Assembly (NCBI GenBank): GCA_907165135.1
Contig: OU015568.1
Coordinates: forward strand, 7,254,001 to 7,318,000
Origin: Oikopleura dioica
Taxonomy: Eukaryota; Animalia; Chordata
Length of the DNA: 64,000 nucleotides
Direction of reading: 5' to 3'
The notes beneath the pieces are model-generated. The model had not been told where the DNA came from. It made no database searches and saw only the letters and a list, made by a program, of their open reading frames with translations. The translations under genes were made by a program, and so were the position numbers. This document shows, piece by piece, positions 25,311 through 39,094 of the stretch; within the stretch, counting starts at the first letter, position 1; each line of letters starts with the position of its first letter.

Positions 25311-27502
25311 ATGAATCTCGATAAAATGCTCGCTTGGATCAAAAAGTGCAAATACTTGCCAGAAAACGATCTAAAGCAGTTGTGCGACTACGTGTGTGAT
25401 ATTCTAGTGTGCGAGCCAAATGTTATTCCAGTACCTTCTCCAGTGTCGATTTGTGGCGATATTCATGGTCAATTTTATGATCTTTTGGAGCTCTTCAACG
25501 TTGGCGGGGAGCTGCCAGAGACCTCTTATGTTTTTCTTGGCGATTTTGGTTAGTTCTTACCAACCGCACTAACTAATATATTATTTCACAGTCGATAGAG
25601 GATACTACTCGCTAGAAACGTTCACTTTTCTCCTTGTCTTGAAAGCTCGATATCCAGATAGAATTGTTCTGCTGCGTGGAAACCACGAGTCCCGTCAAAT
25701 CACTCAGGTAGATTCCTACCAGCTATCTTGCTAGTCGTAGCTAGTCCAGCTTCAAATTTGATCGATCACCCAATTCGAAATTTTTTCGTGGATCAGATCT
25801 AGATCGACTCGTTTTTTCTCAGTAGCTAGATCTGAGAAATTCTTACATAATTCTAGGTTTACGGCTTTTACGACGAATGCATGACAAAATACGGCTCGAA
25901 CAACGCCTGGAAATATTGCACCAGAGTGTTTGATTTACTAACAGTGGCCGCTCTAATCGACAATAAAGTGTTGTGCGTTCATGGAGGATTGAGTCCAGAC
26001 ATAAATTCCATCGGTAACAAATGATCAAAACAATTCCACGAGTAAATTAATCATTAATAACAGATCAAATCCGCGCGTTGAAGAGAGACCAAGAAATTCC
26101 CCACAAAGGTGCTCTTTGCGATATTGTTTGGTCAGATCCAGAGGAAGTCGGTTAGTACGGACGATTAGGAACAGTCTGCTTATTTTGCATTCTAGCTACT
26201 TGGGAGATATCTCCGCGAGGAGCCGGATATCTTTTCGGAAAGAGCGTCACCGAAGAATTTATGGAAATCAACAATTTGGATTTGATTTGCCGCGCCCATC
26301 AGGTACAAAAACGAACCGTGAAGCTGCTAATTAGTTACGTTAACCCTGTTCCTTAGGTCGTGCAAGAGGGCCACAAGTACATGTTTAACGAGAAACTTGT
26401 TACGGTCTGGTCGGCGCCAAATTACTGCTACAGATGCGGTAATATCGCCTCGATATTGAAAATCGACGGATCAAAGGAACGGTTAATATTTTGATTATAG
26501 AACTTTATTTTTTCAAGAGAGTGGTGAAAAAGGCAGAAAGTGAATCAAAGTCGTTGGTTTCAATTTTCTCCTCTAAGACTCGCTTTTTCACTTTCACTTG
26601 AACAGGCGTGATTTGCACATTCTTCCTTGAGCGAGAGGCTTTTAGGACGCTTTTCAAAATGTTTTCGAATTCTTTTCCGTCGCTCATTTTTTTCGATTTT
26701 TTCTTGGCTTTCTGAATTCCCCTTTTCTTTTTATTGGCTCCGATGCTCATAGCGCCATCAGCTGGATGCGATAGCTACCCACAGATGGTCCAGAAGGAGA
26801 ATCGGAAGGAGGCCGATTCTAATCAGGGTGATCGTTCTAATTTGATTTCCAAGAAGTTCCAATTTGCCCTGATCTGATAAGAAATTTTCACTTTCCCGTA
26901 CAAAATGCTTTTTGGAGAGATTTCTCAGTGCTGAGGACGAACTGACCAGGATTAAAAAAATTAACTATTATTTTTATATTTTCGCCACTAATATAGCCTT
27001 CATCGGCCGCTTCTTAACGTTAAAATGCTGAGAAAAAAATTATAATCATCGCGAAAAAGGAAGAAATATTGGTCAGAAAAATGCCAACCAAGATTTAGAT
27101 AAGAATTTATTTTAAAATCTTGAATCTGACACTATTATCGCGTTAATTAACGGTTAATCAACGTTATATTATCGATGAAAAAAAAAAGATTTTTTTTTTT
27201 GGGAATAAATACCGATACGTTCGGTATTACCGCATTTATCAGTAACCCCGTGGCTCAAACGTCGACACCGTAATTCGCTTGTCTGCTTTATCTTTACGCC
27301 CTATCCTTGTAATGTCGCTAAACCCCCCGGTACGTGTTATGTCGAGTCAAAAACTTCTCGGAAGACAAATCGCCAGATAAAACAACCATGCAGCATTATT
27401 TCAAAATTAACCGCGAAAAAGAAATCTGCAATCAACTTCGAAGCCGTGAGCGACTCAAACCGGGTGCATCCGAATACCGTCACAACTCCTTACTTTTTAT
27501 AG
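25311..27502 (+). CDS. PPP6C: Serine/threonine protein phosphatase 6 catalytic subunit
   Basis: [67 protein letters not shown]. The terminal exon lies ~0.95 kb downstream (27422-27502) and reads [21 protein letters not shown], matching the PP6 TTTPYFL tail. Confidence 0.93.
26505..26750 (-). CDS. Lys-rich ORF nested antisense in the last PPP6C intron (possibly the last exon of a small gene)
   Basis: 81-aa [24 protein letters not shown]..; coding-like sequence continues upstream to ~26960; no family recognised. Confidence 0.3.
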   Translation of the reverse strand: MSIGANKKKRGIQKAKKKSKKMSDGKEFENILKSVLKASRSRKNVQITPVQVKVKKRVLEEKIETNDFDSLSAFFTTLLKK

Positions 27503-29085
27503 CGCCTTCGCAGTGAGGTAACTGTCCCAGATACGTGTTTCTTTGAAGCTTATCCGTCTATTTTCAGCAAGAAATGATATAAATTTAACTTATTGCAAAA
27601 AAAACTACTCCGCTCGAGCTCGAGTTCCTCCTCCTCCTCTTCTGGCAGAAAACTTCAACGTTTCTGAAAAAATAAGTTCAACAAAAAAATCTTTAAAAAC
27701 CTTTTTGCTGCCTCACGATTCCATCCCTATGAACAAAAAGATGCATCCATTCAAAATAGAATATAAAACGTTACTGATCTTTCAATTAGACTCGGAGCTT
27801 TCAAATGGCTTTCTTTGGAAGCTTCGATCAAGGGATTTTTAGCAGGAAAACAGGCCTCTTTTGAGAAAAGCAAGAAAATTTTTCCTCAAAAAGTCGTCGT
27901 TTTTTAAGTTTATCTTTTTATGAAAAGTGATGTCTTGAAAATCCTCGGGCGGATATTCCAGTGATCTGATAATTTTTTTTTCGAAAGCGATCTTTTTCGC
28001 AGTAAATTGTTTGACAAAACTGTTATCAGTTGTTACAAGGCCCGTCCTTTATCCACGTCTTTACTAAAAACACTCGCAATATACAGTCTGGCAGTCCGAC
28101 ACGTTAGCTCATCCGAGAAGTTCCTCCTGGTCGCAGAACAGACCGGTAATTCGGCTACTTGGCAGCCATATCAACTTTTCGGCAGGTTCCGTTAACCGGG
28201 TGTTTTCTTGTCATTTTCCTTGAATGCACATTTGCTCCTGAAAATATACGATTCTTTGTTTTCCTGCTAAGAAAGACAAAATAAGAAAGAAATAAAGTTT
28301 TGGTGCATTTATTTAGAAGCAAAGCCAAAATATTGGGGCACGCCGAAATAAGGGTATCCCCTTTTGAAATTATTTTTCACAAAAAAAAGTTAAATGGCCA
28401 TTTTGGGCGACACATTTTGATAACGCGAAAAATTGTGTCCCCGAAATCGAAAAAGGTCTGGCCACTTGTTGTCGTTTTATCATTGGTTGAAGTTTCGTTG
28501 AAATTATTTAAAAGTTTATCAGTTTTCGAAAAGGCAAAATAAGGAAGTTGAGGTCGCGTGGCTGGGCCCGCTGTCGCAGTACTTGCCAGCACATTTATCA
28601 TCATTGTACACTATTATTGGAAAGAAATCCTTAGTGTAGATAGTTAGACTCTACTTGATTACGTTTTGTTGTGAAGGTCTACTCGACATTTAAGCGGGAA
28701 GCCGACCACGCGATTTCACGAGATCCGGTTCTATTTCTTAGGGCCGATTTGGGAAGGAAAAATTCATGTTGGAAAATTGAAAATCCGAGGGCTGACTATG
28801 GTTTAAATTAAATATACATTTCTATGTGAAAATTGGCACCAATTTAAGAAACATCGTTCATAAGGAGATGCGGCAGTTTTTGGGCACACGGGGGTGTACC
28901 CTTAAAGAATTTTTACAGCAGGTCTTTTCTGGAGAGAAAAAGATGATATTGACTTGCTAGAACGAGGATGACGAGTTGTTCATGATTTTTTTCAAGAAAA
29001 AAAAAACTCAAAAAGAATCAATTTTAACGCTAATAACTCGTCAACCTTTTCCTCAAATCGTCGAGCAAGTTCAATGATCAGCAAA

Positions 29086-30622
29086 TTATTGCTGAGCAGA
29101 TCGCTTCCATCGCTGGGCGCCACCGTGGAATCCTCGAGTTCCATCTGGTCCACTAAAATCACAAAAGTTAATTACTATTCGCGGTGATTTCGGAGTTGAA
29201 CCAAGGCTCTCGGATCACGGAGAGTTGTCGGTATCGGTAGTTGGTCTTCTCGTCGGTCGAGTCGGACTCGGATGTGGTGGTCAGCTGGACGGAGGAGTCG
29301 GTGACACTCTTGCCCCATGGTCGGGGGTCACAGTAGTCCTCGGAGGAAGTGACTGACTGGAGGTCATCAGTTCCGCGCTCCTGAATGTAAGTTTTAAAAC
29401 TCGAAGAAGAAAATACAACTTTACCTTTCGCTTGCTGAGTCGCTTGTTTCGTCCGCTCATGTCAAACTGGTTGCTGCTGCTGTTATCACTGGTAGCACCA
29501 GAGACATCAGCATCATCGCCCATGCTGGCAGAGTCGCATCCGGAATCGCCACCCTCGATCTTAGAAGCACCGGCGAGCTTGAGTAGCTCGGCTTCCTTCT
29601 CCTCTTCGGTTGGGACCTTGTAGAGGTTTCGTCGGAGTCGAGGACCGAGGAGAGCGGCGCGCATGCCATTCTCGTTCTGTCGAGCGTTCAGTTCTTTGAC
29701 GCATCGAGTGGCTTCTTCTTCTGTTTCGAATTCAACGACGGCGCAGAGGGACTGGCCCATGTCTGGAACTTGCGTGGCGTAGTTTCGGAGATCGCATGGG
29801 ACTGGCTTGCCTTCGAGAAGGACGCGGACGAGGGAGATGGCGCCGAATTCAGCGAACATGGCGGTGACAGCACCGACGGAACCAAGAGTCTTTGGCATCT
29901 TGATGCAAAGAACGTTTGTGATGGTTCGTGCCTTGAGGACGTACTCGGGGAGAGCGTCGATTCGTCGGACCTTGGTGTTCTCCTCGTTGAGCTGGAGCTT
30001 CTGGGATTTTTTCAAGCAGTGAGCGGTCACTCGCCAGTCCTTAGTGAGCTTTTTGACGTTCTTCAAAGCAGTAAGAAGCTTGATGGAGAGGAATCCCTCG
30101 CTCTTTTGGCAGATCTGTCGAAGGAGGTAGTGGTCCTTGGCCAAGTTCTCGTTGGAGAAGTAGAATTCGGCGGCTTCAATGATGGCTCGCTGGGTTTCGT
30201 GGTCTGGGAGGATCATTTGACCTTCATCAGGTCGGAGTTTTGGGGCCTTGGTGGTCTTCTTGGCGCTGGTTCGGCCGGAACCGACGGCCTTGTTCTTGTT
30301 TCCAAAGAGTTGCTGAGAGCGCTGGCCCCAGAGACCGAGAGCTTCTCGTCCAAGGTTCTGGTTTTGCATCGCCTGAGCCTTGGAGAGAAAAGTTAGGTTT
30401 TGAATATTCATTGTTGATTTTTACCTGAAGCTGTTGGTGAAGCGCCTGCTGTTGCTGGATCAACATGGCGACAGTAGATGGGTCCTGGAGCGCCTGGTAG
30501 AGGTTGATCTGGTTCTGGTAAAGCATAGCTGGGTTCAACATAGCAGGGTTCATCATCTGAGCCATGTCAGGAGAGTTCTTCTGGGACTGGAGGAGCTGCT
30601 GCATCATAGCAAGGTTGTTCAT
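29086..30622 (-). CDS. LARP6: La-related protein 6 (La motif, RRM, C-terminal LSA/SUZ-C motif) with Gln/Met-rich N-terminus
   Basis: EFYFSNENLAKDHYLL..GFLSIKLLTALKNVKKLTKDWRVTAHCL (La motif); CAVVEFE RRM; spliced C-terminus VIREPCGPDGTRGFHGG; stop at 29086-88. Confidence 0.92.
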
Positions 30623-33600
30623 TTTGCACGTAGTAGAGTTTGTACGTTTAAGGAAATTTAAGAACGTTTAAGGTTTTAAGAAAGGATTGACAAAGATTGA
30701 CTGAAGAAAATTTAAAAATTAAGGATTAGAAAATTGAAGAAATGGAAGAGCTGACAAAGTCGTTCTCCGATATCAAGTTGAATTTGACGGTTCAAATGTG
30801 CGTGAGGCAAAGTTTTCACAAAGTTGGGTCAAGCAGTGTTGACGTGAAATTATTCAGTTAGGCACAAGGTTGTCGCTTGGGTTGATATACTTTCGCAGTG
30901 CGGAGATGTTACAACCTAGGAGTCGGCATTAGTAAAAAAATTATTGAATAAGAATTGGGTTTTTCAAAAAAAGCGGTTGATTTTCAGTTTAATCACTGTA
31001 AATGTCTTTCTGCGAAAAGCTGTCATAACCAGTTTGTGGTTGGGATCGGCACCCTAAGCTTATGCAATGTGGAGTTTGGTGGAGCATTGTGGTGGCGCTG
31101 GTAAAGCCGGGTGTGGTGCTTCTCAAAGATAGAGCGCGCTGTCTAGTACTGTTGTATGATTATATGAAAGGGACCAAATTGGTCGAAAAGACACGTCTAT
31201 TAGCTAAGCTCGGCGGGTCTAGTGCCCTGATCACATAACGGAACCCAAAGAGAGCGCTCCAGTGTGGTACCCTTTACCCCTCCGCGCACCTTCACGAATA
31301 CCGCGCGGTTTTGGTGGCGCTCGTGAGCAGTAACGCGCGCGTTGATAGCGCCGGTCTCCGCGCGCTAGGAACATTCACGAATCGGTGTTGCACCCAAAAT
31401 ATCGATCAACTGCACGTTGCCAAGAAAAAATCAAACGTCATAAAATTCTTGGAAAATTCGTAACGAAAATCGCAACGCTAATTCTTTGAAAAATTACAAA
31501 ATATTCAATAACTAGTCAAAAACAACGATTTTCACAGCTAAATTTACCGGGGAACTCGTTTTATTATGGAAAAAAACATGAAGTAATGAACAACCCGTAC
31601 ACTTTTTCTCAATGTCATCGACACTTTTTATCTCGCTTAGTCTCTGAAGCCCTAGACTGTTCTTGTTAAAATTGGGAAGAGCCATGTTTTTGAATCGGGA
31701 TCGCTCTTTTTCTCGGCGGAAAAAAAGTAATTTACTGAGAATCCTAGTTTTAGGAAATATGCTCAAGGTGAGCTGGACTTGGATGATCCAGCACCGGCAC
31801 CAGACCGAACCATTTTGCGCCAATAGAAACGGTGCAAGCAGCATGATGGTGGAGGTGCTGGAGCAGGGCCAACCTTGAGACCGTTGGCTCGAAGCCAAGG
31901 CCAGCTCAACTGCCGCCGATGGGCAGATTTCCGGGAAACATACGCGTTTGTTTTGCCCAAAATACAAAACATTTTCGCGAATAAGTGGTCCTTCTCGGAA
32001 AATGCTAGAATTTGCATTTTACTCACTAGTTTTTTTCTTCTAAAACTGAACGAATCATCATAAATGCTTTATAATTAGATAAACAATAACCTATATTTTC
32101 GCGAATTCTGTTAAAAATTTTTGATAAAACTGAAAAACATTAAAATTCTAAAGTTTTATTCAATGATAATTTTGCCATAGAAATAAAGATAATGAATCCT
32201 AGATAACATGATCATCGCATTAGTAAAATTTCACGGCTCTCGAAAGGACCGGTTGCAAATGAAGCAAGTGGCACCTGCGTAAACCGCGCGCCCAACCGCC
32301 CAGAATGTAATTACGCCGCTGATTTTTACTCTCTCTCTGATCTTATTACCAAAGGAAACCATACAGTTTGATACTTAGACGACCCATCAAATACATGGCT
32401 TTTCCTTGATTGTATAAATAAGCCAATTCATTGTTGATTTCAATTTGAGAATCGAAAATTTTAAATGAAATTTATTCATGAGAATTTTTAATAGAAATAA
32501 TGAATTTAATAAAAATTGAAATCGAAGTTCAAAAAAATGAAGCCAACAATGAAAATTTACCTCATTTGAAATAACAAAAAAATATTAATTGGCACCAAAA
32601 TAACTTTCTCTTAAATATTTGATAAGGGGAAATGTTTATGGGACATGGGTAGCGCCACGTGACCAGCAAAATGATCAAGGGCTTGAAGCCAATGAGCCAT
32701 AAAGATTTCCTTGAACGCGAAATTGATCGAGCGTGAATTCCCTTGAACCCTAAGTTCCAAAATTTATTCCGTTATTTTCAAAAAGTTAGGAAAATCAACC
32801 GTTTTTTTCGTCTCCAATCCTGTTTCTGCAGTAGATTCGATGATTGAAGTCTCTATCCATCAAGTTGAAAAGGAGAAAAAAAAACTTACTTTTGGATCAG
32901 CTGATGGCAATCTTTCGTCGGAAAATATGAGAAATTGAATCCCTTTCCGGTAATAAAAGTGTTCGAAAGGCTCGTAGCTACTTGAGATTCGCTTGAGACT
33001 GGTGAATGTTGTTCACGTAACTCAGAAGGATCCTTTAAGCGGCGCGCTGAGGAGCGCCACTGCTGCTCCACCAAGCACCACCGCCGCGCTCCACCAAACC
33101 AACCGACCCAACCTTCCCCAAGCTCAATCGAGATAAAAACAACGTTGTTTATAGCAAATGCAACGCGATCAAACATCAAACTATTTCATAATAACGAAAC
33201 TCGTTAAATTTAAAGAAAATAGTAGAAAAGTGGCTCAAACTACTAGTAAGACAAATTTTCCAATAAAACACCAAATTCTCATGTTAACTTCGACAACCTA
33301 AAACAACCTCAAAACCAACTAACCACAACGAAACCACAACAAATACAGAAAAACAAAGATATACACACTTTCAGTGAAAATTGATTTTATTCAGGAAAAG
33401 GCTCAGAAGATAGATGACTTTGTGTCATCGGAATCTGTACTTTCGATTTTTTCAGCTCGGAAAGTACTTTCTTCTAACCTTGAAAACTCCCTTTTCAGGA
33501 GTTTTTCGGCTTGCCATTTTGTTTTTTTCTGAATAAGTCATATTAGTTCTCATAATATATTTCATGTTCTGACTCGTTTTAATATAGAACTTACCTGACA

Positions 33601-36482
33601 AAAGCGGCTATTCGGACAGTTGAAATCCGAAGACTAGTGGACTTTGGTTTTTAGCCCTGACAACAACAGTGTATCTAGAAGAATTAACCTTCTTTTTACA
33701 TTTATTGAAAACTTGTCTAAACAATCCATCCCTTCAAAACTGCTCTAGAACTGAACTTCAATTTATGCCAGGTTGGTTGTTTTCGTACTTTTGCTTAGAT
33801 TTGACATTAGATTCTTGTGCGTATATTTGAAATGTGTGAATTAACAAGGCCCTGAGAAGATCTCGAGGGTGCGCGCGTCCAAACAGTTAACGGGAAGAGA
33901 TTTATTTTGCCGAGAGTTCCAGCGTCGCTAACCGAGTTAGGGATGAAAAAGGCCATCGCTATTAATCGATCTTGGCTAGATTCACGCAATATTTTCGTCC
34001 TCGCTAATGGAGCGCTTCGGCGAAGTGAAGTCACTTTCTGTGAACGCTTTCATACCTTCTGACAGGAGAGACGTCAAATTTCCGGCTTCGATTTCACCTG
34101 AACGTGAGAGCCCCCGTCCACAATAGATCATCTAAATCATTACACGAATAACCACAAGACAGTTTGCATAATTTATAATTATACATAGTGACACCCTTAT
34201 TTTAACAACCAAAAGAAAGTTTAAACCTTTGTAAATCAAAATTTAAATTGCGACTTACACTGTTGACGCCCTTAATTCTGGCTGGACAAGAAAAATACTC
34301 AAGAAAAACTCTTTTTCTTTTATCTGTTATGTCAGCGCTAGAAAAAGCTTCGTAACCAAAGAGAGAGCTTTTTACAGCGTAAAATGGTAGTGAATAAATT
34401 CTACGGATTCCGCTACCGTTACATGAAAAACTCGTCGGTTGACGGAAATACCGGCGAATTGACTGGTTTCTCATAGTATCTTAATTTTTAGTACAGCTGG
34501 TGCTTATGAAGACGTCATTGATATTTCTACCTTCATGATAATTCCTATAAAATGCGTTAAGCTTACGTTGATAATAAATTTAGCTTGCTATTTTTCGCTG
34601 GCGTTGCATGTTAAATTGATGCGTTATTTCTACCCTAGCGATTTGACTATAAATACTTTGAGCCGTTTCTTTCGCCGAACGAATCGCTTGAATGGGAACA
34701 TGCGTTGCCAATACCAGTAGTTGAAAATAACGACTTATTTTTGATGAAAATTAGACAAGTTTACACGTAAGGAAGAAGATGTTAATTTAGCAAGGAAAAG
34801 TCACAAGTCCACAAGAAGAATTATCTAAAACTCAAAGGCCATAATTTTTATATTGATAAGAAAGAAAGTATTTGATAAGAAATCTCCTGGGGAGCGGAAG
34901 CGGCTAGAATTTAGAAAAAAATGTGAGCGGAGAGCTTTAGCAAATTGAAAAAGACCCCTGCACCTGCAAAGATTTCTAGAGCACCTGTCAGAAGATGGAA
35001 AGCCTATTAGCGTACGCTTTTCTTTTAGCAAAAGAGTCGGTTTTATACAAGGGTTCACGTAACGTGAAATTTGGAAGAGAGACAAAAATGGACGGGGGAA
35101 GGGTCAAGTTTTAGATTTCTGACGGATAGGTTAGAGCGATTTCTACGGAGGTGAAAAGATGATGATTTGGTACTTTTATTTGTCGAGGAAAAAAGTCGGA
35201 TTTCGTTTTATTTTCGGAACTAGCTGCATAAAATGACGTGGCAGCGGGCTTTGGCGGCGGACAAGGTGGAGTGAATAGGTCAAATCGGCTCCTTGATTCA
35301 CTTCCCCAGATTGAGCAATTGACACGACAACAAGTTGCTCATTATCTGACACGACCTTACTTTAATAGCTCTCAAAATTTAGATTCAACCAAATTACGCG
35401 GTCTATTTATATTTCAGTCTTTTCTAATTACAATCACTTACAGTTACTGAAACCGGTTGTTGCGTAACGTAAAAATTATGTTGTTCTGAATTTCTTTAAA
35501 CCAAAATATTTTAAGGTTTATTATCCCCAATTTCTTGCCGGTTTAGAATTTGCGCCCAACCGGCTCTCGCTCTATGTTATTTCATAATCCCAAGCGTCCC
35601 CTCAACATTCAATTTAAATGCTATCAGGAGCTTGGCCCTCCTTCCTTCATCCCCTTTTCTTTCCAAATTTCTTATCTTCCGCCTTCTGTTTGGCCTTCAG
35701 TTTCAAACTGGCCTTTCACAGTTTCAGAAAACAGCAGATAATTTTCAAGCTCTTCTTTCGATACTCTATCGCGAAAACGCCCAAAAATGATAACAAGGAG
35801 GAATTGATGGTTCTTAGACTTGTTTAACAAACAAATATTGGGGCACCCTTAATTATGGGGCATCGGATTTCGTTGTCTTTCGCGAAGAACACCTCGAAAC
35901 TCGTGACGAAATAAGGAAGTGTCTAGTAAAAATAGCAACGTTGAAAATCACGGCAATAAAAAATGCTATTTTCTTCTTGGAGTCTCGGCGGGATATCAGC
36001 GCCACTTTGCGCTGATTAGTTTTCGGAAACAACGTTGTGGCCTGACGTCATTCAACTCCAGCGCCAAATAATAAAACGAAATAAATGTCAGCGTTATAAG
36101 CAGCAGCGGATTCACACGCAACGCGCGATTGACTTATCATTTGAGCAACTCGAGAAAGATCGCCAAGTTCGTCGATGTTTGTAAGTGACTCAAATCCCTT
36201 CTTTCGGCGAATGCTTGACTTTGAGTCCAAAAAAGAACAAAAGTGGGCGTACAACAAGAAAGGGTCAATGGCTTGATCCGGCCGATTTGCTCGGTCAAAT
36301 GACGACTGAGATTCGGGCTAATCCTTCTGCATAAGATGATCCACGTTTGCGCAAGTCAACGGGCAGCTTTACCTAAGATTTTCAAGATTGGTTTGTTTTA
36401 TTTCACGACATCGGTACCCGATTATCTGGATGAATGTATAGTCAAAATTTTTCTGTTCAAATAGGCATTGTACTTGAAAATT

Positions 36483-37045
36483 GCAATCCTGTGAAGAAAA
36501 CCTGAGTCAGGCTCCAAAGAGCTAAATTGAAAAGCCGCATATCGGCTTTTTAGAAACGAAGCCAAAAAGCGGCTTCGCAAAAATCATTTTTATCAATTAA
36601 GGACCCCCGTCAACAAATTTCTTCAAAAAATCGAAAATTTCAAAACAGCCATATTTTGGCTTCTTAGTGTGCCCAGAAGTTCAATACGTCATAAAAACTT
36701 TTTCGGACCACTTTTTGACCAACGAAAATCTGAAATTTCAGCAAAATTGGGACTTTTTCGTCATGTTTTGTCAAAAAGTCCAATTTTCAAACGCGATTTT
36801 GAGGGTGTTAGAGTCGAGATATACCCCAAAAAATGAAGCCTCAAAATCGTTTTTTGACCTGTAGAATCCATTTCCGGGGTCAAAATTATGAGATTCCGAA
36901 AATAGATTTTTCAAAAATTGTTGACGGGGGTCCTTAATAAATCCTAGCGAAGCCGCTTTGCGGCTTCCTTATTAAAAGCCGCTATGCGGCTTTTGATTTT
37001 AGCTCTTTAGAACCTGACTTAGGTTTTCTACACAAGTCCCGCGCC
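36483..37045. mobile_element. CCTGAGTCAGG-TIR MITE interrupted by a nested element
   Basis: AAAACCTGAGTCAGG left end and AACCTGACTTAGGTTTTCTACAC right end, with GCCGC-NNN-GCGGC hairpins on both sides of the insert. Confidence 0.75.
36601..36933. mobile_element. Nested 333-bp TIR element flanked by TTAA
   Basis: TTAA|GGACCCCCGTCAACAA ... TTGTTGACGGGGGTCC|TTAA (TTAA at 36597-600 and 36934-37). This reads either as a TTAA TSD with RR termini (Kolobok-like) or as a TA TSD. Confidence 0.8.
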
Positions 37046-37554
37046 TAAATCCAAATCACGAGTTTCTCTTGGCTAAAAGGAGCTCTTTGGCTTACTACAA
37101 TTCGCGTCTGACCACATATTTATGGTATCAAATGTAATCCCCCGATGGAACATAAAATAATCCAGCATTGAATAACGATTGCTGCTCAGTGGATCCTTGG
37201 TGTTTCGTAGAAACCACATAATCAAGTGGGGCATCATAATTATGCTCACTTTGCTAGTTCGCTGCTGCTCAAAGCAAGCCCTTGGTGATTAGGAGCGCCC
37301 TGGATCGCTCGCGCAGCGGGAGACGCGCGGTCGCCGGAGCCGCCTGTGGCGCTTTTTCAGCTTCGCGAAGCGCACGTTGCGCTACTTAGAAGCCAAACGC
37401 GCTTCTTGGAATGTCCTTCACGTAAAATTTATGATTTCGGACATTTTTCAAGAATTTTTTTAATTTTAAAAGTCTTTTGAAAGGATTCATAAGACGACCA
37501 ATCTGTTTGTTGCTTGATTTTTTTACAAAAAATGTTAAGAAAAATGACCGATAT

Positions 37555-37780
37555 TGGAAACCTGTGTTGAAAACCTGAGTCAGGGTCTGAAAGATTTCTA
37601 CTGAAAAGCCGCAAAGCGGCTTTTTAAAAAAAAAACGGCTTCGCTATAATTTGAAAAAAACTTTGGAAGGGTAACTTTGCGAAGCCGCTATGCGGCTTCG
37701 TTTTTAAAAAAGCCGCTTCGCGGCTTTTCTGTAGAGATCTTTCAGACCCTGACTCAGGTTTTCCAGACAGGTGGCCGAGC
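37555..37780. mobile_element. CCTGAGTCAGG-TIR MITE
   Basis: ACCTGTGTTGAAAACCTGAGTCAGGGTCTGAAAGAT ... ATCTTTCAGACCCTGACTCAGGTTTTCCAGACAGGT; internal GCCGC/GCGGC hairpins. Confidence 0.85.
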
Positions 37781-38252
37781 CCTGACTTTGGGATTCCTTC
37801 CAGCTTGAGTCAGAAGTCATCACGTAAAATCTAAATTACGAGAAATTCCAAGCTCTCGTTAGTTATTACATCGTACTTTGTAGCACAAATACTTTTCTTA
37901 TAAAAACTGGTTCAATCTCGACCTTCTACAAATTGCTTAACATCGAGAAGAAATTGCGGTAACTTTTGTATATTGTAGAAAACCATTTGTTAGGAGCAGA
38001 TGGAACATTTTGTTTCTCTTGAAATTGAACTCACGTTTACTTGTTGGAGCAAGTTTTCAGAAGCAACGAAAGCTGTGCAGCCGCTTAGACCGGGGATGTA
38101 ATCGAATTCGACCGCAATCGCGTTAAACATGCCCAGAAATTAGCATATTATGCAATACCGTTCTCATCTCATCTTAGATTTTCCCAGCGCTGTTTTGAGT
38201 TGAACCTGAAGGTAAATTTCTTGATTGATAGGTCAATTTCCTTGCTTCCTGT

Positions 38253-38404
38253 CTCGGCAACCTGTGTAAAAAACCTGAGTCAGGGTCTCAAAGATCTTCA
38301 ATGAAAAGCCGCTTTGCGGCTTCGCTTTTGAAAAAGCCGCGACGCAGCTTCTCATTTGAAATCTTTCAGACCCTGACTCAGGTTTTCTACACAGGCTGTC
38401 GAGC
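38253..38404. mobile_element. CCTGAGTCAGG-TIR MITE
   Basis: CTCGGCAACCTGTGTAAAAAACCTGAGTCAGGGTCT ... AGACCCTGACTCAGGTTTTCTACACAGGCTGTCGAG. Confidence 0.85.
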
Positions 38405-39094
38405 CCGGAATGTCTGTAAATGTGTGTACTTGTAATGCTGTGATTGATATTTTCCAAGAAGGAAGCGTTTTTATGTTTATCGGGCTGGTATCTTTCGTCA
38501 GTGAATGCAGCTGGGAAGGGAGATATGAACTAATTATGTCGCCACTCAATGATAAGATACGTGTGGCGAGGCAAGGGACTTGCTGGGGAAGAGTCCTTGA
38601 GCATGTTGCCGTTCCATGAAGTTGAAAAAGGGGCCTTCAAGCCATTGACAGCCAACTTGACAAATCTCATCCAAGAGGGCAGATCAAGACGTGCAGGAAG
38701 TGCCAATCACGGGAAGATGCATCATGCACTGAATACGCTTCTTCGCATAACGTGACTGCTTGAAAAGAATCGTGAGTAAATGACATGAATAAGGATTTTG
38801 AGCAATGCTTGAGTTGAAAATTTTCAAATCGAATTTGGAAGTTCTGCTGGAGTGACGATAAATTGAATCGATTCAATTTTCGGAATTGAAGTTGCTTGAC
38901 GCTGTTTATATTTGTTGCATCTTGTGTTATGTTTTCTGCGTTGCCGCTCCAGGAAACCGGATGACCCGACTCCGTGAACTGTTTATCTTGCTATCTTTTT
39001 CTTTCAGCTACTGAAATACAGTAATTTAACTACTGAAAGGGGAAAAGTGATGAGGGGACAATCTTCTTCTTTCAATAACGTAATTCTTGTTTTG

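Noticed and set aside
26482-26543. PPP6C ending at 26543 via a 19-nt intron
   Set aside because: The intron is implausibly short, and the true conserved tail (TTPYFL*) was found at 27422-27502.
27520-28480. AT-rich stretch with MITE-like interior and a short motif (AATATTGGGGCAC) shared with ~35.83 kb
   Set aside because: No convincing pair of termini or TSD could be delimited by eye.
29432-30661. Plus-strand ORFs up to 208 aa over LARP6
   Set aside because: Antisense shadows of LARP6.
31512-36257. Short ORFs (60-150 aa) in the LARP6-myosin interval
   Set aside because: No recognisable motifs and no consistent splice chain could be built; many use non-ATG starts.
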